From the NCBI GenBank assembly GCA_964304625.1, contig OZ199838.1, forward strand, positions 3,918,705 to 3,982,704: DNA of 64,000 bases, read 5' to 3'. Source of the stretch: Kudoa neothunni. Taxonomy: Eukaryota; Animalia; Cnidaria. A program made the translations under genes and the position numbers. Under the pieces are notes generated by a model. It worked only from the letters and a program-made list of their open reading frames with translations. It made no database searches and was not told where the DNA came from. This document shows positions 27,302-41,041 of the stretch, piece by piece. Within the stretch, counting starts at the first letter, position 1; each line of letters opens with the position of its first letter.

Positions 27302-29169
27302 CCCTTTCGTATCCAAATTTTTTATTTCATTTCACGATTTTTTTAATATATTACAAACACTCAATATCCTATATTTAATGATTTTATTGTGATAAAAACT
27401 AATTCGACGTATAATTTCAGCTGTTGTTAATCTGGGTATTGAGCTGGACATTTGGTATCGGTGGTGAAGCAACGATTTGCACGCATTGAATTGCGCACAA
27501 AAACAAACAAAATAAATTTGAAAATTTCTTAGATGTTTAGACTATGCTAACTTAAAAAAACTGTTTCTATCTTTCACAATACAACAAAAGGAATAACATT
27601 TAATGCATTTAAATTGAGTTTTTCGTTGGCATATTCTGCATCTGGATTTAGTTGGCACTATTTCAGGAAAATGCCCCACGTTATCCAGTCGAATATGATT
27701 ATTGAGAGGATGTGTTCTTATTCTCTCAGTTCTTTCATATTTATCATCAATTTTTTCGAAAGAATTATTAAGAGACGGTCTACCACGTTTTTTCGGAGCA
27801 CTTGCTATTTGGTAATAACGAAGACTTCCGCGTATTTTCAATGAAAATTTCAACAATTCTAGTCTATCTTTCTTAGGAATTTTTCGAATCGTAAAATTCC
27901 GTTTGTGTAATAATCACGCATTTATAATACGTGTATTGAGGGCCCAGAAGAAAATTCGCATGTAATATTTCTTACATTTATGTTTCGTTACGTAGAGCGA
28001 CATCAACATATCTGAAAGGTTCACTACTCCCATATTTTGGTTATATTCGTCTTTAACTGCAGGACACGGAATGCCAATCATACAGATAAAATCATGCAGT
28101 AGCCCATTAACTCCACATCTCGCGAACATTTTGAATCCCCATTTCGTCGGTTTCTTCGGAGCATATTGTTTCGCTTTACACCTACCTTTGAATGGAATAA
28201 TTTGCTTGTCAATTAATTTCTTTCGTCCACATTCAACTTTCAAACAATTTGTTCTATTAGAATCCAAAATCGATCGAATCTTTGCAAATTTATCATATTC
28301 TGAAGAATTCGGATTTGTGATAATTTTTGAATTATCAGTGAAGCGTAAATATTTTGAAATATTTCAAAATATTTTCGGAGTGGGTTCTCGACATAAACTA
28401 AAAAACAGGTGGATAATTTAGAGCTTTAGACCAATAGCAACGATATCTAGGTATTTTGATAATTACTATGATAATCAACGTTCCTATAAACTTTTTATAC
28501 CTTCGTTACCAACTTGAAAACTAAAATTTTGCTGAACTGAATATAAACTCGTTTGTTCAATAATTAACAGAATCGGATCTTCATGGAAAGAGAAGTTGAT
28601 ATAATCTATCGGTAACTTCACTAAAAATAATATCTTCCGTCTCCGAATTATTTGGCATATTTCCAAAGGTTTCACTTATATTCCAGTTAAAGGTTGGTAC
28701 AACTTCCTCATCAGAACAGTCTGAATCTTGATTATTTCCAGTGTACGCTTCAAGCATCCTTCGTTGAAGATTCTGTGTTCCAAAATATCGACATCAGGAA
28801 ATATCACAATTTCAGTTATTGTGTTTCCCTCTTTTTAACATTTAAAAACCAAATCGTGATCCATGTGTTGATTAGTCATTATCTTTTGATAGGTTGTTAT
28901 ATATCTTATGAAATATAGCACATTGAATCACGTTTTAACGTTTCGTAGTTTGAATTTTTTGTATTCCTTGTTGATTTTATGTAAGGATTACTATTAAACT
29001 TATTATAAATGCTAGATCTCTTAGTTTACATAATTGGCCATTACTGAAAACAAACATTTAACTTTCAAAAAATGTAATAATGCAACAAATTATCTAAATA
29101 AATTCAATGTGCATATTTATGGGATGTTTAATTTTTTGAGTACTAGGATGGATATTTGGCATGAAAGGG
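27302..29169 (-). mobile_element. Decayed piggyBac element with transposase remnants (~27542-28675)
   Basis: TTAA TSDs (27298-27301, 29170-29173). TIR CCCTTTCGTATCCAAAT / ATTTGGCATGAAAGGG. Fragments IDKQIIPFKGR..YAPKKPTKWGFKMF, YNQNMGVV and the Cys-rich C-terminus RCRIC..KCIKC. Confidence 0.92.
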
Positions 29170-29301
29170 TTAAAGCTAGCAGATAGAATACAATTTCCAT
29201 AAGAATATCAAATTGAATCATATATTTTCATTTATTTAATGGGACTGGAGTTATGTTGTTAAAACAATCACAAATAAAATTGTAATTTTATATAGGTTTC
29301 A

Positions 29302-30520
29302 TTAGTTTATTTTCGTACGCTGGTTTATCAAATCCCTATGGATCGCAGGGAAGAACTTCAATCCTCCAGCATTTTCAATAACATTCATATCCACCAAACA
29401 ATCATCTATATGTTGGGAGTGGTCTTCCGAGTTGTTAACTAAGAAAGACTTTTTATATATAAAAGGTTAGGAGAAATTAACAACAATATTGTTATACATA
29501 GGAAGAAAATTTATTATCATCTCCTTCGAACATTACTACTTTAAATAAGTGTGTAGGAATAGCAACGTTCCCATTCAATAACTTGATATATTGAACTTTA
29601 GAGTGTTTATAAACAGAAAAATTACTACCTCATATTGAATTTGAATACGTTGTTTTTCTCCAGAGCCAGACTTGCTGGCACAATCAATTGAATTGGCACA
29701 TAAATGAAATCATAGTTACCTTGGTATAAATAACGGACCAGTTACAAACATGTGCGTATGACTTGGAGTTGATGGTTTTAGTTTCAATGAATTTTTCAAT
29801 TCTGTTCCACAATCCATTGTTCACTTTAAAGCATAAGAACTATGTAAATAATCCGAATGGAATCATACATTTTTTATTTTGGGGCACCACATTGCTATAA
29901 TAGAATGTACTACACATTGCTGATAATGAATTTTGATGATGTGACGAAGGAGCCATATGGCCACGATCGTATCCGCTGTTTCTGTTTACAAGTTACCAAA
30001 ATATCACAATAATTCAACAACTAACAAAAAACTAAGACGGGATGAAGAAAAGTTTTTTTCAACATCAGGATCGTCTCTAAAATGGCACTCCTCTCTAGAT
30101 TTTCCGCCGTTAAAATTTTCATTATTTAATTTCTACGTCATTTCGAAATAAATAAGATGTTTTTAGTAAAAAATAAAAGAACCTCATAGGTCCATATTGG
30201 GATATGTCTTTCGTTGTTGTAACAATTAAGATAGGCTTCTTTAATTAGAAAGCTGCAATTGCCTAAAAAATCATTATGATTATTGTTCCTCGGAATGTTA
30301 CAGAAATTCTTTGATAATAAATATGAGGAATGATTTTAGCTTACTTGGAGGTCCATAGTCGAGAAGTTCGCTCTTCATACAATTCATATTGTAGTTGTGG
30401 GTAGAAATTCCTTCTTTCGGTTTGTTTTTATTTTTTTTGAGAATAATTAACAATAATACATAACCACCGGTTGCCAAAATTAAAGAGTATAATTGCCAAT
30501 TTATAAATCTTTATTTGCAT
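29302..30520 (-). CDS. EndoG/EXOG-family DNA/RNA non-specific nuclease with N-terminal hydrophobic segment
   Basis: About 8 exons: ..LLDYGPP|SNCSFLIKEAYLNCYNNERHIPIWTYE|..ECHFRDDPDV..|NSGYDRGHMAP..TFYYSNVVPQ|LNNGLWNRIE..TGPLFIP|..QYE|..VAIPTHLFKVV|..IENAGGLKFF. Catalytic DRGH and the Asn/Glu metal ligands are present. Needs +1 corrections at ~30510 and ~29745; alternative start at 30387. Confidence 0.85.
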
Positions 30521-31568
30521 GGTTTGTTTCCACGAACTTTCAAATTTAATTTTTTCCTCTTATATATTTCTGCGTATAGTTGGGTAAGAAGTTTTTAGAT
30601 AATCTTTCACGATATTTATCTCGGTTATCTACGTATTTGTATCATCGACCAATTATATTATACACACTGTTTTATATTTTAAGATTGATTAGAAATAAGA
30701 CAGAAAATTCAATATAAAAAAATATAGTGAATTTTTAAAACAGAAGTAAGGTTAAAATTTATTTTATTAACTGGATTAATATTTATCCAATTTTAACCTA
30801 TCGAAAATTTTTTATTGTCACAACAATATATATTTCTCGTAAATGATTCTCAATTGATAATATATTAAAATTATAATATATATATAACTTTAAAAACGAT
30901 GTGTTCAAATCTGATGGGTAAAATGCGAATATTATTTTAACTTATCTGTCTAATAATCGTAATCCATGTGAATATTTTTAAATATCTCAAATCTGCCTGT
31001 GTTCCGTCGATTTTACTCAGTGTTATATTAGTTATGAAAGTTTAGAATCTATCCTAAATTAAAGACGATACAATATATTAAAATCAATGTGTCATAAAAC
31101 AATAAATATTAAACTTGTTGATTATCGATAGAAATTAATAAATATGGTCTTATCTATAATTACCATAATATTGAAGCCCAAAATAAAACTACGGTTACAA
31201 CTATCAACCAGCTAATCAAGTTTCTGAAATTTAACCCTACAATAAGTAAAATATGTTAGCCATTAGCAGTGGGGGCGTGGGTATGGAACTGTGGAACTGC
31301 GGAACTGCACCACCCCTGGTCATCTAGGTATTTATATTAGGGTTGTCCCGATACCAATAAAATTTCTTTTTTAAAACCAGTATATAATGAAGAATAATGT
31401 GTCAAATTACATTAAAATGTATCAAGATACTTTAAATTGGCTCTTTAAAATTATTCTTACATTTTTATAAATCTTTACGCATTTCACCATTGAATAGTAA
31501 AAAAAAACATAATAAGTTTGCAATATTCATTAGGCCTGTCAATAAAATATCAGGTAATAATGTATGCT

Positions 31569-33653
31569 GCACCTAAAAAACGTCCTCTTGCGCATGGTTT
31601 TCGCATTTTTTCACGATTTTCCGTGATAAAATAAAAGAATATGGAGAGTGAAAATTCAGCTCAAAATAATAACTTATAAATTTTAACAATTTGTCACCGA
31701 ACCCGGTCGGATACACTTGTAATCTCCATTTTTTCAACAAATATTGAATTGCTCTAAATTTGTTTTGATAATCATTCATAAATTGGTTATGCTTCATATT
31801 TTTTACCATTTATATATATATATATATATAAAGTAATAGTGTCCGTGTGTGTGTGTCTGTCTGTCTGTCTGTGTGCACTAATCTTCCCCTCATACAGAGA
31901 CTTTCATTAGTGTTTGAGATTATTTTTGTACTTTAAAAAATACATAATTAACTACAAAAATATGACAGGGCTGTCTGCTTTCTTATAAAGTGGTGAACTG
32001 GTAGTGTTAACTTTTTGTGAACAGATTAGCGCTGATACTAATGAGATTACCACTGCACGTGATTCGCTATAATGTTCAGTGATATGCGCAGATAAATCTA
32101 ATTTTCTGTATTTAAATACAACTGAAACTATGAAAGTTTACTCATTTCTACTTTTGAACGTATTTAAGACGATCTACAACATTCGTTCATACGTAGGCGG
32201 GGACTCGGTGTAAACGAAGATTTATTGTTTAAACGGGAGATTAACACACTTGAATAAATTATTTACTTTGAAAGTTTAATTAAAGATAAAAAGTCTTAAA
32301 TATTTTTTAAATAAACATAAAATGATGTTAGCACGTTCTAAATAAATGAAACATCGTTAACAAATTTTTAGGTTGGTTAGTTAGAATGATTAATACGCCA
32401 CATGAGTTGTAAGAACTTATGGTTTCTAAATGAAAATAAATTCCACTAAAGAATGAAATGAATATGATCGGTTTATTGTTGTTTATCTCGATCAACACTG
32501 TCGGCTAAAGAACGATAAAATAATTATAATTGACTTTGAACTTAAAATGACCTTGGTCTACTCAAGGCTTTAGTCTGCACGGCCGGGCAAGTAAGTCCGA
32601 GCGAAGCGGGACTTTTACGCTAATATAAACATAGATTTACAAAATCAGATTTATCTGTACATTTATTTATTGGTTTTAAGTGTGAATAGTTTAAAAACGA
32701 GAAGGAAACCACGTTCCCCCAAAATACATGTTCTTAATTTTTGTAGAACTGATGAGTTTTATTTAATAATAAATCAACACTGTATTTTACATAAACATAT
32801 AATTTCAATAGGGAAATAACAAAAGGTTGATTATATGAAGTTATTAGTTTATTCGAGGAGTTCTTATGTGTGTGTTTAGTATAACATTCGACGAACGTAC
32901 AAATGTTGTTATTATAAATTCAAATAATTGTTATTTCTATAAATTTATTAGTTTTAGTCAATTATATGTGACGGATAGAAATAATAACCTTTGTTAGGAT
33001 ATTAAGTTTACATTTAGCAATATTCTCAACTTGTATTTGGGCCGAATATTTTTGTTATTAAATTTTGACATATACAAAAATTTACAAAACAATCAAAATA
33101 TAGCTTATATATTTTTCTTTCAATATTTTACAAACATTGCAAGGCAAAACAATTTAATATTATCATTGAAAAAATTAGGTCGCTGAATTTTTAATAATAA
33201 AAATTGAATAAATTCTTAATTTCTAGTAAAAAATTTAACAAAAAATATTATAAACTAAAACAAATCGTACAACATTAACATTTATTCCTAAAATTCAATA
33301 ATTATTTTCATTATAATGAAAAATGAGATGTATTTGAGAAACACGCAATAAGTTTGTTATTAAGTCAGTCCATATAAAATTGTTATGTATCAATAGTAAA
33401 AAATCTAAATAGTAATTAAGTATAATTATTGAGTTAATTACTATGAGAGAAACGAAAAAATTCAATGTACGTTGAAAAAATATGGAGATTTCATGTGTAT
33501 CCGACCGTGTTCGGATGAAAAATTATTAAAATTTCGAAGTTGTTATTTTGAGCTGAATTTTCGCTCTACATATTCTTTTATTTTATCACGGAAAAACATG
33601 AAAAAAGAAATTCGAAAAACATTCGCAAGGGGGTGTTTTTAAGTGCCACTGTG
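31569..33653. mobile_element. Long-TIR non-autonomous element, possibly Transib-like
   Basis: 31569-31750 is an imperfect ~190-bp inverted repeat of 33460-33646. The right end terminates in CACTGTG (CACAGTG on the other strand); the left terminus is missing. Confidence 0.6.
31809..32623 (+). mobile_element. Non-autonomous Helitron nested in the long-TIR element
   Basis: Inserted between A and T. 5' T(TA)nAAAGTAATAGTGTCCGTGTG with (GTCT)n microsatellite; 3' hairpin AAGTCCGAGCGAAGCGGGACTT then CTAA|T. Confidence 0.75.
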
Positions 33654-33699
33654 GCGTATCCACATATTAACAATAGCGTGTAATCGTGCGCCAGCGCTA

Positions 33700-33775
33700 T
33701 GGTCCATAGTCAAGTAGTAAGGTCTCGTCACTTTTAGGTTTGAGGATCATGATTTCGACCCTCGTCTGCTACACC
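33700..33775 (+). other. Degenerate tRNA-like sequence (possible SINE head)
   Basis: A-box-like TAGTCAAGTAG and B-box-like GATTTCGACCC at tRNA spacing; no convincing cloverleaf. Confidence 0.3.
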
Positions 33776-33886
33776 GCATACTTTACCGTCATCCTCACAC
33801 ACGAAAACGCATGAATGGTTTCGTTCGTGTTTATAATTATGAAGAAAACTTTGTTCGCTCATGACATAAACGCGCATTGTCTAGTG

Positions 33887-35377
33887 CAGTGTTTCCCTAC
33901 AGGGGTTCCCGCCCCCTCCTAGGGGTGCAAAGAGCCATTATTTGGGGAGTGGGAGTCATTTTAGAATAAATTTAAAAAGTAATCTTAATTTATTCACTTC
34001 GTAATTTTCGTTCGTCCCCGTTTAAATCATGTATGGAAGTAATACGTGTAATATCATTTAGTTTCGATTCAAAAAATGGGATATGATAATTTATTCAATT
34101 TATAATTGATTCTACGAAATAGCGCAGTAACGAAACAGTTTATATTAAGCCTGTTCAGCTTACAAAGTCTAACTATCTCTATTTTCATGTAAAATCGTAA
34201 CTTTATTATCTTTCAAAATAACATATTTAGATTCTTAAGCTGTAATTAAGTTGTCAGCATTTTTATTTATTTAGAAATAATCTATATCCATAAAAATAAA
34301 ACCACGACATAATTTTAAGTTTGTCTTTTGTCTAAATTTAAGATCCATCATTTAATTGTATAGTTTTTATATGTTACTTTTCAAGTCTTACTTTCAAATT
34401 TGTACCTTGCCTCTAATATAAATCTAAATTAAATTGTTCTGTAAAGTATAGGTAAAACAAGGATCAAATCATTCATTTATACACATGAATAAATGAACGC
34501 CAATTTAACAATATATATTAGTTATTTTAGTCAAGTATATTTAGGAGGCATATTTTTTGAATCTATCGAATTTTTATTAACTCACCGCCTCAAATTTAAG
34601 CTAACGTATGACTTAATATAGAATGAAGAACTCGTTAGATTTAATCAGTACAAGATAGCATATGAAACAAGCTTATCGACTTCATTATATACAAATAATA
34701 AGTATTGGAATGCATTAAACACTGGAAACGAATTTCATGTTTCATAATCAAACCAAATGTCCTGCTTTGAATTACTTATGAAAAACCGGCGGGAGCAAGA
34801 GAACAGCCAGATCACATAAATACTAAATAACAATTGATTCTGAAATAACGTTTCTTATGAACTATACGAATTGGCTCATTTAATTTTCATCTTTAAGTAC
34901 TGAACTTATTTAAGCGACCATACATTTTATAGTTTGGTATTACGTTTATATTTATTTTTTACGTCTAATATTTTGGAATAATTATAATAACGTAATTTAT
35001 TAGAATTATTTATTACTTTACATAAAAATGGTATATAAAAGCAGAAATGGATAATAGCTTCAATTATTAAGTGTTAAGTCATGAGGAGTGAAAAGATAAT
35101 ACTCATCCCTTTCAATTATACATAGCAAATTGAGTTAACCAAAACGTTTTCGTTTTAATTTATTTTAGAAATAAATGGGAAAATTTGAAGTTAAAATATA
35201 AACTAAAATAATAAAAATTTTAATTTTAATTAAGACACTTTTCATTGCTATTATTATTATTTTTGCATTTAAATAAAAAGTATAATTGGGTCTTGACATT
35301 CACATGGAGGAAGGGGTGCGAAGTGAACGCGGAAATTAGGATGAGGGTACGGGTGGAAAATATGTAGGGAAACATTG
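33887..35377. mobile_element. Non-autonomous Buster-type hAT element (~1.5 kb)
   Basis: TIR CAGTGTTTCCCTACA / TGTAGGGAAACATTG; TSD GTCTAGTG/GTCTAGTA. Confidence 0.85.
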
Positions 35378-36541
35378 GTCTAGTAGAAACGATTTTGCAC
35401 AAACATAATTTTTTGTTAAAATTGATAAATTATTTCTTGAGTTCGAATTTTTCCATCCTATATTCATTTATTTTATTAAAGATAATAATGAAAAATCGAC
35501 GAAAAATAATATTTAAAAGGATATTTTCATGTGCCCCGGGCTTTTATCGATAAAATCGATTAATTCAAAACCAAAGTTAATATAAAATCTTAGTTTCCAT
35601 TAGATTATCTTGTTTTTGATACGGTTAAAAAGCGGTACTTGTATGGGAGCTAAGAATATTTGATAATTTTATAATTACCGAATTTTTCATCTTTTATCTA
35701 AAATTTTCATAATAAATTTATATAATAATACACACTAATAATATAACGATAAAAAAAGGAATTTTTGTTAAAATTTTTTTATAAGTTACGTCACTTACGT
35801 AATTTATTCCACGTAGATTCAAATACTTTGACAATTAAAATAACTATTATATTAATTATAGTATTGAAGTCGTGAGAGAAATATAATGTTACCATTAACT
35901 CTCCGGGGACGAGGGGGATTCATTAAGCACCCCAATGTTTGTATTTTTAAAAATTAAATATCGACCTTATAATCAGCGAAATCTCTCAATATAATTCATT
36001 GATTTATCTAAAAAATTCAGATTATTCAGTTTGAACGAAATTTACCTAATATAACTCTTTTAAAAAGGTAAGCAATGGTTACTATACGATTTAATATTAA
36101 TTTTCACATTAATAAGACTCAATAAAATCTGTAAGAACCTTAAAAAATTATACTTTTAACTTAAGCCGAAAGAGTCCGACGGGCGAGGAGATTACTTTGG
36201 GATTAATTTAAGATAGACGCGATTGGTAGTTTTGTCATTTGGGTTTTGCAGGTACGTATATTTTTCTGTCGTCAACAGATTTCTATGATATCTATGATAA
36301 TGCGGTTAAAGTTTACTTTAGATCAATTTAATCCGGATTAATTTTCGTATACAAACCAAGATAAATCAGCATAAGGGAGATGAAAATTTATAAACATGAT
36401 TTTCTGCTTTTATGGTTTCTGAAAAGTTTTAATCGCTAATTTTTTAAATATATATTTAAAAAGGTAGTTAGGCGTCAAATGGGGTCTCTTAATTCGAATA
36501 CAGCAAAATTTTCATTTGCGAGCCCCCAGGGTGGCTTCAAT

Positions 36542-36632
36542 CAGGGATGGTAATTTCGTCCGCGTTCATTTATTCATTAGTATTTTGTGTAAATTTTGAG
36601 TGTTGTGAACGAACACGAACTTACCATCCCCG
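36542..36632. mobile_element. ~90-bp mini-MITE (hAT-like ends)
   Basis: CAGGGATGGTAATTTCGTCCGCGTTCA is inverse to TGAACGAACACGAACTTACCATCCCCG; no clear TSD. Confidence 0.55.
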
Positions 36633-37129
36633 CCTTAGACTATTGGCAGATTCTAAATATCGAATTCTATGTAAGTTGGTAACAGTTATTGACTCTTTTT
36701 AATTTCCTACCACAATCGATCTTTTTAACATTTAGAAAAATTGCTTGTTTTCCTCCTTAGTCATAACTTTGATACTAACAAATTTCTGTAACCACCTAAG
36801 TCATTGGTTATGGGAACACTCATGCAATTTGCTTAAGCCCACGTTAGAAAATATACGGCGGAAATGATAAAATGTTATGCTATTATCGTGATAAAATAAT
36901 CAAAAAATCGCTTCGAGGATAGTTAAGGCAGTATTATAGACCATATTTCTCACTCAGAGCCGCTTACATAGCTATTGCGTCAATTTAAATTCAATTTATT
37001 TTTGGAAGTAAATGCAAATATTGTTCGTTAATATCCAATTAACTGCCTCTAAAAACAAACACGTTATTAAACAGCCGATATATTTAGATTCCCTCGGAGA
37101 GAAGATCCGTTCCGCCGAAAAAATTTGAA

Positions 37130-37740
37130 ATTGTGATTTCGTTCGACTCAACGAATTATAATACCTGTAAATGTCTCCTCATTTCACATTGTGGTTGTCT
37201 CCCTAAATACATTTCCACGTTCCAGGATCCCACCAACAATCAAATAATCTTGATTCGACAAAATCATCCCAAATTATATCTTCTCCTGCGAAGTAAAAGT
37301 AAGGATTTGTCTATCGTGGTAACTACTCTAATTCCTCGGATTTTGAATTTTTTAAAACATAATTGGAATGGACATACCGGACGAAACATTTCTATTCGAC
37401 TATGGATTTTGATGAGAGTTCCATCTCATTGAAAATAAACTTTTGTTAGGATACATCGTGCGAATACATGAATATGACCTCGTTAAAAGAAACTACCAAT
37501 CCTAACAGATTTTTGTTTTTAACATTTCGAGCAATAATATTTGTATCCAACACTTAGTTAACTTCTTGAAAGAGACAGGTCCATTACAACAATGTGAGTT
37601 ACTCTCTAGAAGCCCAACTTTCTCACTACTTGTATGCAATAGTACTCATCGTATTTTAATAAATCTATGAAATGGAGTTTTATTGTTTCAGCGTCAATAA
37701 ACTCGGTGGATGGAGCAGAAATAGGCAACTTCAATATCCT
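37130..37740 (-). pseudogene. Merlin (ISXO2/IS1595-like) transposase remnant
   Basis: Frameshifted fragments KVGLLESNSHCC, GYKYYCSKC*KQKSVRIGSFF, TIDKS..RRRRYNLG, LIVGGILER resemble the Merlin N-terminal zinc ribbon plus EIDES..RKY..WVFGGIER. Confidence 0.6.
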
Positions 37741-38917
37741 TTTTATTAAAGGATTAAATTGATCTAAAATAAACTTTTGCCTGATAATGCTATTGAGCGA
37801 TCATACAAAAACGACTCTGAAATTATTAGCGATTATAATAAAACCAAAAAGGGTTTGACAGCGGTGATCGAATGGCGCAACGATACAGTCGTGTTTGTAT
37901 AACGAGAAGATGACACTTCAGGAAGTTTATGGACCTTATCGATGTGTAAGCATTTAACGCTTGTATAATATGTGTATCAACATTTCCAGAGTGATGAACA
38001 AGTGATCGAAATCTGTGACAATATTTTCTTCGAAAACTTGCAGTGGAATTCATCAACTCAAATATTTTGAGTCGTCGAAGTTTAGAAAATATCCATTATT
38101 CTCATATTAAAATTAGATTTGTATTATTTAACAAAGACATGAGGGACGACCCAACCTCTATTTCTAAATAAATAATTTTAATCCTTGAACAGTGAAGATA
38201 CACTCACTCTTCAAGGAATAGTGACAAAGAGACCAGAATTTCGAATATTTCAATTTGAGATCAAACTTATGTTCATAAAATAATTTAACCTCAATATATC
38301 TACATAAATTACGGACTACTTTGGGAGTAAACATTCCGTGAATATAAGATATTCATTTATATGGAGAATATGACGAAATATACAAAGCAAAAAAATTATA
38401 CTTTACTCAAAATTACGATAATTAATATATACAAGTTTTTTGATTTAAATATTTATTCTGTGTTGAAAACTCAATTTAACTAATATAGTAACAATCAACA
38501 ATAGCGTAATATGTTGTGAGAGGTAATAATGCGAAAAACTCAAAAATACTTTATTACTATTGTTCATTTAAGTGTATGCATACACGTGTAATTGATTTCA
38601 TTTTTCCTTCATTACTTCTCGATAGTGAATGTTTTTTCTTATCCAATTATTAAATTGAAAATTATATTTAAAAGGTGATTGCATGGTTGGGAAGGAAATC
38701 CTTTCCAAATTAATCTTAATATTCATTTTTGAGATTAACGAGAATAATCGGTAATCTACAACCGTTGAGTTGGCTGGCGGTGCGATAGAGTTGCGAAAAA
38801 AACATTGAAGCTGAATGTTGACTCCTCTAAGAGTTCATTCAGAGTTTTATTTTTTTTCAAAATATACTCCTGTCGAATATATAGTTAAATTATTTTTTAC
38901 TTTTGCGTGTTTTTTAA

Positions 38918-40149
38918 CCCTCGCGGAACGGTGTGGGGTTCATGCGGACCCCAATTTTTGTATTTTCTCTTTGTTTTATAAATGCAAAAATGTTTTAATC
39001 CCACGAATTCCAAACAGAGGTATCATGTTTGTTTATTTTCCTTTTAAAGTTTTTTTATATTTAATATTAATCGAAATAAACTTACCTCTTTCGTGCGTGT
39101 TTTTGATAAAGGGATTATTTAGTTAGCTTATTAATTGAGATCAATATATAAAATAATGAATGAAACTTCATTAAATATGTGTTTTAATTATATTTTAAAC
39201 CAGTATAATTGTATTTCTATCATTTTATATCATCGCCCCACAAATACCGATATATATATATATGTATACCCATAGATTATTGAAGGATTACAGGCTTAAG
39301 TTTAAATCCATGTTGTTTGTGCACAATATAAGTAAATTATTAGTTATTGTTTTTCAATTAATGTTTCGGTGATCAATATTTACTGCATATAATAATTTTA
39401 ATTCCGAAATATTCACTGCCATTTATTATTTTATTATATTTTTTTGAATTGACTTTTGATGGAACTATCAAAAAACATTGAGTTAATATTCCGTATTATT
39501 TTTTAATTTTAAAGTCACATGGAAATAAAAATGTCTTCTAAGTGAAAAAATACTCATAAAATAAATGTACTATGTAGATACGGATATCAATTTTTGAGGA
39601 CTTACATGCATCGATGATTAATTTAAGTTTTTTATTTTATAGCGAATGAGTAATTCTGTCATTGGTATGTATAATAAAATCAATGAAATATTTTATTATG
39701 TGATTTCTGTTTATTAACAGGTGACAATTTTGTTATAATTATAATCTTCCGCGCTATAAGAAGATTAACGAGAGTTACTCGGAAAACGCGGTTTGGCGTG
39801 GCTAGCTTGTCCTTTAAATATTCTTGAATACAAGCAATGCTACTGAATGTCTTAATCACTGTCGTGAGAAAGCTATTTTATACTGCCTATCAGTGCTGTG
39901 CGAGAGTGTCCCAGTCATTTTGTGAACCGTTGCCTTCAGTAGAAAATTCTGCTAATCTATCCATCTTTTACAAAAATATATAGATAATTTTAACCAACTA
40001 ATAATGGTTTCCTTATCTTTATAATATATTAATCATGTAAAATGGTAGTTATTATAAAAATTTCGCTTACATAATGAGCTAACCGCTGGGGTCCGCGCGG
40101 ACCCCACACCGGAACATACGTACATTTTCCGAACACCGTCCTGTAAGGG
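38918..40149. mobile_element. Non-autonomous piggyBac element (~1.2 kb)
   Basis: TTAA at 38914-38917 and 40150-40153; CCCT...AGGG ends; subterminal palindromes GGGGTTCATGCGGACCCC and GGGGTCCGCGCGGACCCC. A second piggyBac-like right end GAGGG|TTAA lies at ~40232. Confidence 0.8.
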
Positions 40150-41041
40150 TTAAATGTTAAAATAATTACCAAACATACGAAATGACGTGTTTCGTCATCC
40201 GCGTTAGTTTTCGGAGCTCCATCCTCTGAGGGTTAATCAAACATATAATTATACACGTTTCAAAAATTATTATCCAGTTTTAAAATAATGCAGCAATATC
40301 TTGATTTCATGTTTATATGCTAAATTATCTTTGTTAGTGATAATATTTTTTATTTTGTCAATATATAATTATAATTAGGTCAAATTATGAAACAAATATA
40401 ACAAATCAAAATTTTAGTTTTTTTTTCATGCAAAATTATTAAGTTCTCTAGTTTATGAATATATAGAACGAATATTAATAATTCGATCTTCTGTGTAACG
40501 CTTAGATTTTTATGATTTATTTTCGTGCTGATTTCAGGTTTCAGTATGTTAAATTATTTTGGTTTAGAAAAGCACTTCCATCAGTAACCACACAGCTATT
40601 TAGTGTTAACAACATTTTAAATTAAAACTTCACTACAAAATCACAAAATTTGTATGAACAGCGAATAATCAGCTTAAAAATTCCCACCTTTAACAGGAAC
40701 GGAGAGATAAATAAAAGAAGGTTTATTGTTAAAAAAAATTCAAAGCAATCTATTAGGATAAATGAAAATAATTTATTTCTCGAAAACACCTCGATAAATG
40801 TAATACGAGAAATGAGCTAAACTTTATTTCATCGACCTAATTATAACAATACATAAATTTTATTACAAAATAAGCAAATTTTTCTGTAAAATATCTTAAT
40901 ACAAGATCAAATAATATTTGAAATAAATTCTCTTGTTCAAAAATTAAAAAAATCAAATATCCAACCAAAAACATAACATAAATTTTTAAGGATTTACTAG
41001 AGAGTTTGTAAGGGATAAAAATGACAAATTTCACCCTCCTT

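Noticed and set aside
33630-33653. True V(D)J recombination signal sequence
   Set aside because: Heptamer is present but there is no nonamer at 12/23-bp spacing and no Ig segments.
33700-33775. Functional tRNA gene
   Set aside because: Acceptor and anticodon stems do not pair convincingly; kept only as a possible SINE head.
37826-38056. 76-aa minus-strand ORF next to the Merlin remnant
   Set aside because: No recognisable motif; likely chance or TE debris.
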